Shown: piece after piece, positions 24,957 through 32,000 of the stretch
How the letters are laid out: every line of letters starts with the position of its first letter
How positions within the stretch are numbered: position 1 is the first letter of the stretch
DNA from: Candidatus Omnitrophota bacterium
GTDB lineage: Bacteria > Omnitrophota > Gorgyraeia > 2-01-FULL-45-10
Length of the DNA stretch: 32,000 nt
Assembly: GCA_023818895.1 (NCBI GenBank)
Contig: JAMWCX010000004.1
Span: 1 to 32,000, forward strand
Direction: 5' to 3'
Program-made: the position numbers and the translations under genes
The notes under the pieces: generated by a model
Databases searched by the model: none
What the model was told of the DNA's origin: nothing
The model's input: the letters and a program-made list of their open reading frames with translations, nothing else

Positions 24957-26382
24957 TCACTCTCCCCGTCTTTACAAGCTCCGAACCTTTTCCGCGTTTT
25001 GTCACGGCCAAGCGAGATAATCCCGTTTCTTGGGCCAATATCTTCATAAGTCGCGTTGTGCAGAAAGAGCCGTGGCAGCGGCCCGCCTGGGCGCGTGTTC
25101 TGAACTTTATGCCGTCCATTGTTGTCGCGCCGCGAGCTATCGCTTCGCGCACCTCTTTTGCGGATACCATCTCGCACCTGCAAACAATATCGCCGTAGGA
25201 AGCGTCCTTCTTTATAAGTTTCTTCGTCTTTGCTATCGGAATAGCGAAAAGGTGATATTCTTTTTTTCGGTGCTTTCGAAAGACCGCTTTCTTTTTAAGA
25301 AGAAGGCCGTGATCTCTAAGGATGCCGGCCACCATAAGCGCTATCGCTGGCGCGGCGGTCAGTCCAGGCGACTGTATACCTGCGACATTTATGAACCCCG
25401 GCGCTTCATCTTCATGCCTTATTATGAAATCTTCGCCGGCAACAGGCCGCAGCCCGGCGAAATATGCTATTACGTCGTTCTCATTTATAGAAGGGACTAG
25501 CTTGTGAGCGCCCTCCAGGACCTTCCTGAATCCTTCCGATGTCGTAGAAAGATCTGTCTTGTCATCAACGTCCTCCGCCGTTGGGCCTATCATCGGATTT
25601 CCGTCGGAAGTCCTCGTAACAAGAATGCCCTTAGATATATTCGATGGAAGCGGAAATAGAAGGTGTTTTGTGAGGCCCTCCAACTTCTTATCAAGCAGAA
25701 ACTCCTCGCCCTTCCGCGGCTTTATCTTAAAATTTTTTATACCGCTCATTGCGGAAACATCATCCGCATACAACCCCGCCGCGTTTATAACAAAGCGCGC
25801 GCCGAAAGCGCCTTTCTGCGTTACAATCTCAAAGCGGGGCTTCTTTGCAAGAATCTTCTTTACCTCCAGCCCTGTTCGTATCTCGGCTCCGTTTTGGATA
25901 GCATTCTCGGCAAGGTCATAAACCCAGCGGTAAGGGCTTATTATGCCGGCGGTAGGCGCATAAAGCGCTGCTATGGCCTCACCTGAAAGATTCGGCTCAT
26001 TTTTTCTAAGCCATTTCTTATCTACGATCTTAAGGCGCGGAACGCCGAGAGCTTCCGCGTCTTTTTTTAACTGAATGAGGCGGCCAGCTTCCTCTTCGCT
26101 GAAGGCGACTATGAGCTCTCCGGCCTCCTTAAAATCTACCGCGAGCTCTCTTGCAAGCCTCCTCGTTAGGATATTGCCCTGCACACACAGTTTTCCTTTA
26201 AGGGATGCGGGCGGGTTCTGGGTTCCGGGATGGATAATGCCGCTATTTGATTTCGAGACACCGAAGGCAACTTCCGCCTCTTTCTCGAAAAGCACTATCG
26301 TTAGCCTGTATCGCGAAAGCTCTCGTGCGATGGCGGTTCCTACAACACCGCCTCCTATTATCGCGATATCATATAAGTTCAT
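24949..26382 (-). CDS. FAD-dependent glycerol-3-phosphate dehydrogenase/oxidase-like protein with BFD-like [2Fe-2S] domain
   Basis: 477-aa ORF. It has the N-terminal fold IAIIGGGVVGTAIA and a C-terminal CRCEMVSAKEVREAI...C..FC motif. It overlaps glpK by 4 nt. Confidence 0.85.
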   Translation of the reverse strand: MNLYDIAIIGGGVVGTAIARELSRYRLTIVLFEKEAEVAFGVSKSNSGIIHPGTQNPPASLKGKLCVQGNILTRRLARELAVDFKEAGELIVAFSEEEAGRLIQLKKDAEALGVPRLKIVDKKWLRKNEPNLSGEAIAALYAPTAGIISPYRWVYDLAENAIQNGAEIRTGLEVKKILAKKPRFEIVTQKGAFGARFVINAAGLYADDVSAMSGIKNFKIKPRKGEEFLLDKKLEGLTKHLLFPLPSNISKGILVTRTSDGNPMIGPTAEDVDDKTDLSTTSEGFRKVLEGAHKLVPSINENDVIAYFAGLRPVAGEDFIIRHEDEAPGFINVAGIQSPGLTAAPAIALMVAGILRDHGLLLKKKAVFRKHRKKEYHLFAIPIAKTKKLIKKDASYGDIVCRCEMVSAKEVREAIARGATTMDGIKFRTRAQAGRCHGSFCTTRLMKILAQETGLSRLAVTKRGKGSELVKTGRVSD

Positions 26383-27863
26383 CTCTTTTGACTCAAAGTT
26401 CTCTTGACCGCGTCACGCCAGCCTTCGTATAATCTGTCAGCGTGGTTACGCGACATGGTGGGCTTAAATACCCTGTCAACGGCCCAGCATCTTTTTATCT
26501 CGGCCGAATCCTTCCAGTATTCTACCGCAAGGCCAGCAAGATATGCCGCCCCCAAAGAGGTGGTCTCCACAACTCTTGGTCGAACTACATCGATACCTAG
26601 TATATCAGCCTGGAACTGGCACAAGAAATTATTCACCGTGGCGCCGCCGTCTATCTTAAGGCTCTTTATTTTAAGGGCCGAATCCCTTTGCATCGCCTCA
26701 ACGACATCTTTTGTTTGGTAGCACATAGCTTCCAGAGACGCGCGCACAAGATGGCTTGCGCGAGTACCCCTGGTTATACCGTATATGGCGCCGCGCGCGT
26801 GAGAATCCCAATAAGGCGCCCCCAGCCCGACAAGCGCAGGAACAAAATATACTCCGGCGTTATCTACGACTGATGAGGCCATGAGCTCTGATTGCGAGGC
26901 ATGGCTTAGGATTTTAAGTCCATCTCGAAGCCATTGAATAGCAGCGCCCGCTATGAATATAGCACCCTCGAGGACATAGACTGGTTCACCGTGGGGGCCA
27001 CACCCTATAGTAACGATAAGGCCGTGCCTGGAAACCGGCCTCTTAGCGCCAGCGTTCAACAGGATAAAGCAACCCGTTCCGTAAGTATTTTTCATCGTTC
27101 CCGGCTCAAAACACACCTGCCCGAACAACGCGGCCTGCTGGTCACCAGCCACACCGGATATCGGTATTCCCGCCGGCAGTCTGTCTATGCGAATGGTGTG
27201 TCCAAACATACCGGAAGATCTTTTTACATCCGGAAGCATCACGGCCGGTATTCCCAACTTTTCCAGTATAGCCGTATCCCAACATAATTTATCTATATTA
27301 AAGCACATGGTGCGCGAGGCGTTTGTATAATCGGTGGCGTGAACCTTGCCTCCGGTAAGCTTCCATAATATCCACGAATCCGTCGTACCAAAAAGTATCT
27401 CGCCTCGTCTTGCTCGACTCATCAGGCCGGGGACGTTTTTAAGTATCCATTCTATCTTTGTCGCCGAAAAGTAGGGATCGACGGGAAGACCTGTTCTTTT
27501 CGTAAAAAACCTTCCCATGCCATTTTCTCTGAGATTATCGCATCGCTCGGCGGTCCTGCGGCATTGCCATACTACCGCGTTGTAAACGGGTTTTCCGGTA
27601 CGCCTGTCCCACACAACGGTCGTCTCTCGCTGGTTGGTTATGCCAATGGCGGCGATCGACAACGGCGAGACTTTGGCTAGGACGCGTTGTATTGAGATAT
27701 TTACACTGCGCCAAATATCATGCGGGTCGTGCTCAACCCATCCTGGTTTAGGAAAATGCTGCGGAAACTCTTGATAGGCAGATGCCACCTTGCGGCCTTT
27801 CCTATCGTAGACTACGGCGCGGCTGCCGGTCGTGCCCTGGTCTATCGCTAATATGTATTTCAT
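26379..27863 (-). CDS. glpK: Glycerol kinase
   Basis: 494-aa ORF. MKYILAIDQGTTGSRAVVYD, GWVEHDP, TNQRETTVVWD and FGTTDSWILWKLTGG are classic GlpK blocks. Confidence 0.95.
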   Translation of the reverse strand: MKYILAIDQGTTGSRAVVYDRKGRKVASAYQEFPQHFPKPGWVEHDPHDIWRSVNISIQRVLAKVSPLSIAAIGITNQRETTVVWDRRTGKPVYNAVVWQCRRTAERCDNLRENGMGRFFTKRTGLPVDPYFSATKIEWILKNVPGLMSRARRGEILFGTTDSWILWKLTGGKVHATDYTNASRTMCFNIDKLCWDTAILEKLGIPAVMLPDVKRSSGMFGHTIRIDRLPAGIPISGVAGDQQAALFGQVCFEPGTMKNTYGTGCFILLNAGAKRPVSRHGLIVTIGCGPHGEPVYVLEGAIFIAGAAIQWLRDGLKILSHASQSELMASSVVDNAGVYFVPALVGLGAPYWDSHARGAIYGITRGTRASHLVRASLEAMCYQTKDVVEAMQRDSALKIKSLKIDGGATVNNFLCQFQADILGIDVVRPRVVETTSLGAAYLAGLAVEYWKDSAEIKRCWAVDRVFKPTMSRNHADRLYEGWRDAVKRTLSQKR

Positions 27864-27882
27864 GATAATAACCTTTTCGCGA

Positions 27883-28665
27883 TTATATTCTGCGCTCTAT
27901 CCACCTCAATATCTCTTCAAAGACCGCCTGCCGGCCCATCTCCACTGAAAGCGAATGATACATTCCTGGAAACTTCACAAGCGCTTTATCATCAACTCGA
28001 AGCCTCCCGAACACACGGGCTGAAACCGCCTGATTGGCTATCTTATCGTCGCCAGGCAGAAGAAAAAGGGTAGGAACTGTTATCTTCGGCGCCGCAGACC
28101 GGGCAGACGCCTGATAAATCATCAGCTCGAATAGAAGCCTGGCCGATGCTGAGCGGTATTCAAGAGGGTCGCAATCCATTCTATTCCTATAACGAGAGTC
28201 ACGCGTGCACATGGAAGAATCGAATGGCAGCTTTATCTGGTTAGCGGGGTTATAAAGAAGCGAAATCGCTATTTTCAGGTAATCCAGAACGTTAAGACGC
28301 ACTCTGTTCGCGAAAGCTGGCGAAAGTAGTATAAGTCCGTCAAAACAGCTGGGGTTTTTAGCAGCGAGTATGAAGGAAATTATGGCGCCCATGCTCTCGC
28401 CGATCAGGAATATTTTCTTTCCGGGAAGCTGCGTGGCCGCCAGCTCGCGTAGACGCATTACATCGCTGAAATATCTTCTGAAATTCCCCGTTTTCTCAAG
28501 CTCAATCGCATAAGATAAGACACCTTTTGTAAGAAAAAACTCCGCCAGCGCCTCCCACCTTCCACCGTGCGCCCCGAGGCCATGCACCAGTAAAAAAACC
28601 GCTCTCGGAGAGGAAGGCGCCCATCGCCTGTAGACAATATTTGGCGAGTCTTGCTTTTCGTTCAT
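27883..28665 (-). CDS. Alpha/beta hydrolase (lysophospholipase / monoacylglycerol lipase-like)
   Basis: 260-aa ORF. It has the HG oxyanion motif (VHGLGAHGGRW), the nucleophile elbow GESMGA, and a late Asp/His (PGDDK, GMYHSL). Confidence 0.85.
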   Translation of the reverse strand: MNEKQDSPNIVYRRWAPSSPRAVFLLVHGLGAHGGRWEALAEFFLTKGVLSYAIELEKTGNFRRYFSDVMRLRELAATQLPGKKIFLIGESMGAIISFILAAKNPSCFDGLILLSPAFANRVRLNVLDYLKIAISLLYNPANQIKLPFDSSMCTRDSRYRNRMDCDPLEYRSASARLLFELMIYQASARSAAPKITVPTLFLLPGDDKIANQAVSARVFGRLRVDDKALVKFPGMYHSLSVEMGRQAVFEEILRWIERRI

Positions 28666-28666
28666 A

Positions 28667-28888
28667 TCATCTCTTGAAAAAATTTGCCTTTATCCAGCCC
28701 CAGTTAAGCGCAACATGAACAAGCACAAGGACTATCATAATCATGCCGTTGTGCTCATGTATATCATATACTAACTTCATATCTGGGATATCGATACCGA
28801 AATATATGATAAGTGCCGTCACTGTCTGCGCAAGAAACGAAACAAGAAGGGCCGCGTTTACAACCTTCAATGTTTTGGCTCTGTTCAT
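28667..28888 (-). CDS. Small two-TM membrane protein (DUF4405-like)
   Basis: 73-aa ORF. It has two hydrophobic helices with conserved His residues and a C-terminal HVALNWGWIK motif. It is tightly packed between its neighbours. Confidence 0.5.
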   Translation of the reverse strand: MNRAKTLKVVNAALLVSFLAQTVTALIIYFGIDIPDMKLVYDIHEHNGMIMIVLVLVHVALNWGWIKANFFKR

Positions 28889-29379
28889 GGCTTTCTCCCG
28901 CGTTTTGAATATGATATCACAACAAGCACGATAATATAACTTATAATTCCCATCCAGATAGAGACGATGAGATAGCCGACCGCTGTCGGGATGACAACGT
29001 TTTGCAACGATAGGCTAACGACCTTTTCCCACCTGAAATCCTTAATAAAAATATCCCAACTTGCCCGCACATCCTGATACTTCAGGCCTGTGAGTATCGC
29101 ACCGGTCTTGACAGCAAGGAAAAATACCGGTATGCTGATCCACGTATTGGTAAGGAGGCTTCCTATAAGCGCAGAAGCGCGGTTTACCCTGAGAAGGAAT
29201 GCCAGGCACAGCGCCGCGACAGGCCCCGTGCCGGGAAAAGCACCGAGAGCGACTCCGATCCCCAGGCCGATCGCTATCTTCTGGGGGGTGTCGTTTATCC
29301 TGAAAAGTTTTAGATATACTAATCTAAAAAATCGGAATATTCTGTAAGGGATGGTCCTTTTTTCGCCCATGGCTGACAT
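28885..29379 (-). CDS. DUF2062 membrane protein
   Basis: PQKIAIGLGIGVALGAFPGTGPVAALCLAFLLRVNR matches the DUF2062 signature. I prefer ATG at 29379 (MSAMGEK...) as the start. The tracked ORF begins at TTG 29409, which lies inside an inverted-repeat arm. Confidence 0.7.
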   Translation of the reverse strand: MSAMGEKRTIPYRIFRFFRLVYLKLFRINDTPQKIAIGLGIGVALGAFPGTGPVAALCLAFLLRVNRASALIGSLLTNTWISIPVFFLAVKTGAILTGLKYQDVRASWDIFIKDFRWEKVVSLSLQNVVIPTAVGYLIVSIWMGIISYIIVLVVISYSKRGRKP

Positions 29380-29397
29380 GTCCCCACCATTCCCCCC

Positions 29398-29511
29398 AGA
29401 CGTTTTCAAAACCCATCTTGAAGTTGTCCCAAAATCTATCTCTAGCCTGTCCCCGAAGACAGGTTAAAAGATAAATCTAAGACGCCTTCAAGCACAAAAC
29501 TGAAAACGTCT
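29398..29511 (-). promoter_or_regulatory. Nested inverted-repeat element (candidate structured leader RNA)
   Basis: The outer stem is a perfect 11 bp: agacgttttca (29398..29408) / tgaaaacgtct (29501..29511). The middle stem is 7 bp: cttgaag (29417..29423) / cttcaag (29486..29492). The inner hairpin is cctgtc-cccgaa-gacagg (29446..29463). Confidence 0.4.
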
Positions 29512-29527
29512 CCATCCTTTTCGTTTT

Positions 29528-29902
29528 TTATATCTTGTTTTCGCCGACATCCTTAAGATAGGCGTCAAGATAGGCGTCCGCCTCCTGCAACGTGGCGAAC
29601 ATGGAGGAGGGAATCATCTTCACAGCCTTGAATATCCTTTGCACGTTCGGCTGTACACGTACCATAACAAAAGCGCTGCCCTGTCCTTCCAGCGCCTGCT
29701 TTACCCTGAATATCAGACTCAAACCGATGCTTGATATGTAATCAACCCCCGCCATATCCAAAATAATCGCTTTGGTGTAAGGGCCCACAAGAGGATCTAT
29801 CTTCTCAGCAAGCGCCTGGTGAGTATCCGTATCGATAGGACCTACTGGAGCAATAATGAAACATCCGGGACGCTTCTCCTTTACTGTAACCTTGATACTC
29901 AT
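29528..29902 (-). CDS. STAS-domain protein (anti-sigma-factor antagonist, SpoIIAA/RsbV-like)
   Basis: 124-aa ORF. ILDMAGVDYISSIGLSLIF is the typical STAS phosphorylation-loop region. Confidence 0.85.
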   Translation of the reverse strand: MSIKVTVKEKRPGCFIIAPVGPIDTDTHQALAEKIDPLVGPYTKAIILDMAGVDYISSIGLSLIFRVKQALEGQGSAFVMVRVQPNVQRIFKAVKMIPSSMFATLQEADAYLDAYLKDVGENKI

Positions 29903-30023
29903 AAGCGCCTCTTATTCACTAGACTTCCAAAAATGTTATGAGATATTTTTTCTCTAAAACAGCTTCCTCTTAAATAAGATTATAACCTATAAAATAAAAA
30001 AACCCAATCAAAAAGACTTTTAT

Positions 30024-30830
30024 TTATCTCTTGCGGAGGTAATTAACCGCCAATACGATGGCAAAGAAAACGCCATAGATGACCACTATCATAGGGTTGG
30101 TGGGAAGATCCCACAGATAGGAAAAAATCAAGCCCGCCGTCACACATAAACAGGATGCACTACAAGCGATAATGAAGATCGTCCTCACGCGCCTTGCCAC
30201 GACCAGTCCTACCATCGCCGGAATAAGCAAAGAAGCGAAGACGAATAAAACACCGCAGATCTTGGTAGCCAGGCTTATCGTAACGCCTATCGTGATATAG
30301 AGAATAAGATCTATGGCATCGGCTCTTATCCTCGCGGTAAAAGCCGTTTCTTTGTCGAAAGATACGAATATGAGCTTTCTAAAGAGCGCAAGATGAACAG
30401 AGATGATAATTATTACCGACGCCCCAAGAACCTCTATATCATGCCAGGTCGTGTAGAGAAGGCTACCTGAGGTCAGGTTCACGCCCATAGCCTCGGCCAT
30501 TGGATTTTTCGCTATAAGTATCACGGCCAGGGCAGCGCAGAATACATAAACAAAACCGATAAAACTTTCCCTTGAAACGCTGCGTTCCGTTTGAGCTAGC
30601 CAGAATATGGCTACCGCCGTAAGTGTGGAAACAAATGCGCAAGAAAAAGGATCCAGGCCCGCGAAAAGACCCAGCGCCACACCTAGCGCCGCCACTTCGG
30701 CAAGCGCTATACCCATAAATACTATTCTTTTCAGTATAACAAATACTCCAAGATAAGCGCATACCGCCCCAGCGATAAGGCCTGCGACGAGGGCGGTCAC
30801 CATAAACTGTTCACCAAAAATATCAATCAT
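30024..30830 (-). CDS. znuB: Metal (Zn/Mn) ABC transporter permease, ABC-3 family
   Basis: 268-aa ORF with 8-9 TM segments in the family-typical layout. It follows the ATPase gene. Confidence 0.85.
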   Translation of the reverse strand: MIDIFGEQFMVTALVAGLIAGAVCAYLGVFVILKRIVFMGIALAEVAALGVALGLFAGLDPFSCAFVSTLTAVAIFWLAQTERSVSRESFIGFVYVFCAALAVILIAKNPMAEAMGVNLTSGSLLYTTWHDIEVLGASVIIIISVHLALFRKLIFVSFDKETAFTARIRADAIDLILYITIGVTISLATKICGVLFVFASLLIPAMVGLVVARRVRTIFIIACSASCLCVTAGLIFSYLWDLPTNPMIVVIYGVFFAIVLAVNYLRKR

Positions 30831-30846
30831 GATAAAAAGTCCTTTT

Positions 30847-31581
30847 TCAGGCTGTAACGTACTTACCGTCGATCTTTTTTAGATCCATTTTGACACCAAA
30901 TATGTCAGATAGAATAGAGGCGCTCAAGTCCTCCTTGCTTATTGTCCACCAACGGCCCTGCCCGGTGAGAAAAAGGAATTTATCTGAGAAGTTTATTACC
31001 TCGTTAAGTTCGTGGCTAACCAAAACCACTGTTAGGGCCTTCTCGCTATGAAGCGAAGAGATAAGTTTCAGTATCTCGCGCTCGCCTTTCACATCGAGGT
31101 CAGTAGTCGGCTCATCTAGTATCAGGAAGTTCGGCTCAAAACTTAAGGCCCGCGCTATAAGAACCCGCTGTTTCTGACCACCTGATAAGTCCCGAAAAGC
31201 TGACGAGGCCAGCTCTGGTATACCCGCTATTTCCAGGGACTCGAACACTTTCCTCCTGTCAGATTCATCGGTAGGGCGGAAACTGCCTTTCACAGACGCG
31301 CGCGCCATCATCACGATATCGAACACGGTAAAAGGAAAAAGAGTGTCGATAAATTGCCTCTGCATGCAGTAACCGAAACGAAGGCCCGGCGCCGTAATGA
31401 CTTTGCCTGACTTTGGCTTAATAAGCCCCATGACGGCCCTTAAGAAAGTTGTCTTGCCCGAACCGTTAGGGCCCACTACACCAAGAAAATCGTTATCGTG
31501 AATGTCGAAGTTTAAATTTCCCACAACAGTCCTGCGACCGTAGCAAAGAGACGCTCCCTTAAACTCCACTATCTTTTTCAA
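30847..31581 (-). CDS. znuC: Metal ABC transporter ATP-binding protein
   Basis: 244-aa ORF with Walker A GPNGSGKTT, signature LSGGQKQR and Walker B LILDEPT. Confidence 0.9.
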   Translation of the reverse strand: MKKIVEFKGASLCYGRRTVVGNLNFDIHDNDFLGVVGPNGSGKTTFLRAVMGLIKPKSGKVITAPGLRFGYCMQRQFIDTLFPFTVFDIVMMARASVKGSFRPTDESDRRKVFESLEIAGIPELASSAFRDLSGGQKQRVLIARALSFEPNFLILDEPTTDLDVKGEREILKLISSLHSEKALTVVLVSHELNEVINFSDKFLFLTGQGRWWTISKEDLSASILSDIFGVKMDLKKIDGKYVTA

Positions 31582-32000
31582 TTTTCAAACCCTTCCGCGA
31601 TTTTGCCAATTATAGTATCTATCAGGCTAAAGTAGTCCTTGGCCTCGTCTGTTCCGCCGACCGAATTCGGGACTATGATGACTTTAGCGCCTGTCTGTTC
31701 AGCCACGAAACGCGCCGGTTTCTCGTCATAAAACACCTCCATGAGGATAAGCCCTACCTTGTCGCGTCTCATTATATCTATTACTTCCTTCAAATGACCG
31801 GGAGACGGCGGTATACCGGGTTTCGGCTCAAGCTCACAGGCAACCTTAAGGCCAAACCTATCGGCAAAGTATGGCCAACTTCTGTGATATATAGCAACTT
31901 TTCTGCCCTTAAATGGCTCCATTTTTTTCTGCCACTCCACCATCTTCTCTTCTATCTTTCTATTGAATGCCTTAAGGTTTTCTTGAAAATACGCTTCGTC
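31578..32000 (-). CDS. znuA: Metal ABC transporter substrate-binding protein (ZnuA/TroA-like), 5'-truncated by the window edge
   Basis: The reading frame stays open from 31943 to 32000 (DEAYFQENLKAFNRKIEEK precedes the tracked Met). The C-terminal half resembles the cluster-9 SBP family (YHRSWPYFADRFGL, EPKPGIPPSPGHL). Confidence 0.8.
   Translation of the reverse strand, partial: DEAYFQENLKAFNRKIEEKMVEWQKKMEPFKGRKVAIYHRSWPYFADRFGLKVACELEPKPGIPPSPGHLKEVIDIMRRDKVGLILMEVFYDEKPARFVAEQTGAKVIIVPNSVGGTDEAKDYFSLIDTIIGKIAEGFEN

Noticed and set aside
30463-30762. 99-aa minus-strand alternative-frame ORF inside znuB
   Set aside because: It overlaps the permease frame completely. The Arg/Cys/Gly-rich translation is typical of an off-frame reading of a hydrophobic gene.
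1-32000. Search for CRISPR arrays, transposases/IS ends, integrases, phage genes, toxin-antitoxin pairs and known defence systems
   Set aside because: I saw no short regularly spaced direct repeats and no recombinase or transposase-like ORFs, including next to the tRNA. No ORF has nuclease, helicase or methylase defence signatures. The window reads as core chromosome plus envelope-related accessory genes.

Overview
Bacterial chromosomal window with 31 of 32 protein genes on the minus strand. The metabolism looks anaerobe-type and the lineage is probably uncultivated; I have no firm taxonomic call. Reading in the direction of transcription (right to left), the window holds: a znuA/C/B-type metal ABC transporter; a STAS protein; a nine-gene tightly coupled unit (DUF2062, DUF4405, alpha/beta hydrolase, glpK, three-component G3P dehydrogenase, beta-lactamase-like hydrolase, 800-aa AsmA-like protein); an envelope/redox block (small AsmA-like protein, small secreted protein, thioredoxin-like/CcdA/DUF1573 fusion); a six-repeat cysteine-dense PKD protein; a KPC-repeat miniprotein; a PLDc_N miniprotein; MscS, HAMP-SpoIIE phosphatase and MFS; dnaX-recR; a membrane protein followed by porG-D-A-B and an activase pair (DUF2229-type plus BadF/BcrA-type ATPase); one plus-strand methionine-synthase-activation-domain-like gene; and a CHASE2-GGDEF cyclase. 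The most unusual object is at 1..399: a tRNA-Asn(GUU) gene split by a 323-nt insertion with a recognisable group I intron catalytic core. The insertion sits in the D-loop rather than the anticodon loop. Secondary leads are a cysteine-dense secreted protein pair next to a three-domain thiol-disulfide fusion protein, a frameshifted DUF2229 gene, a nested inverted-repeat element upstream of the glycerol/lipid operon, and two apparently leaderless genes. I saw no CRISPR array, transposase, integrase, phage genes or recognisable defence genes.
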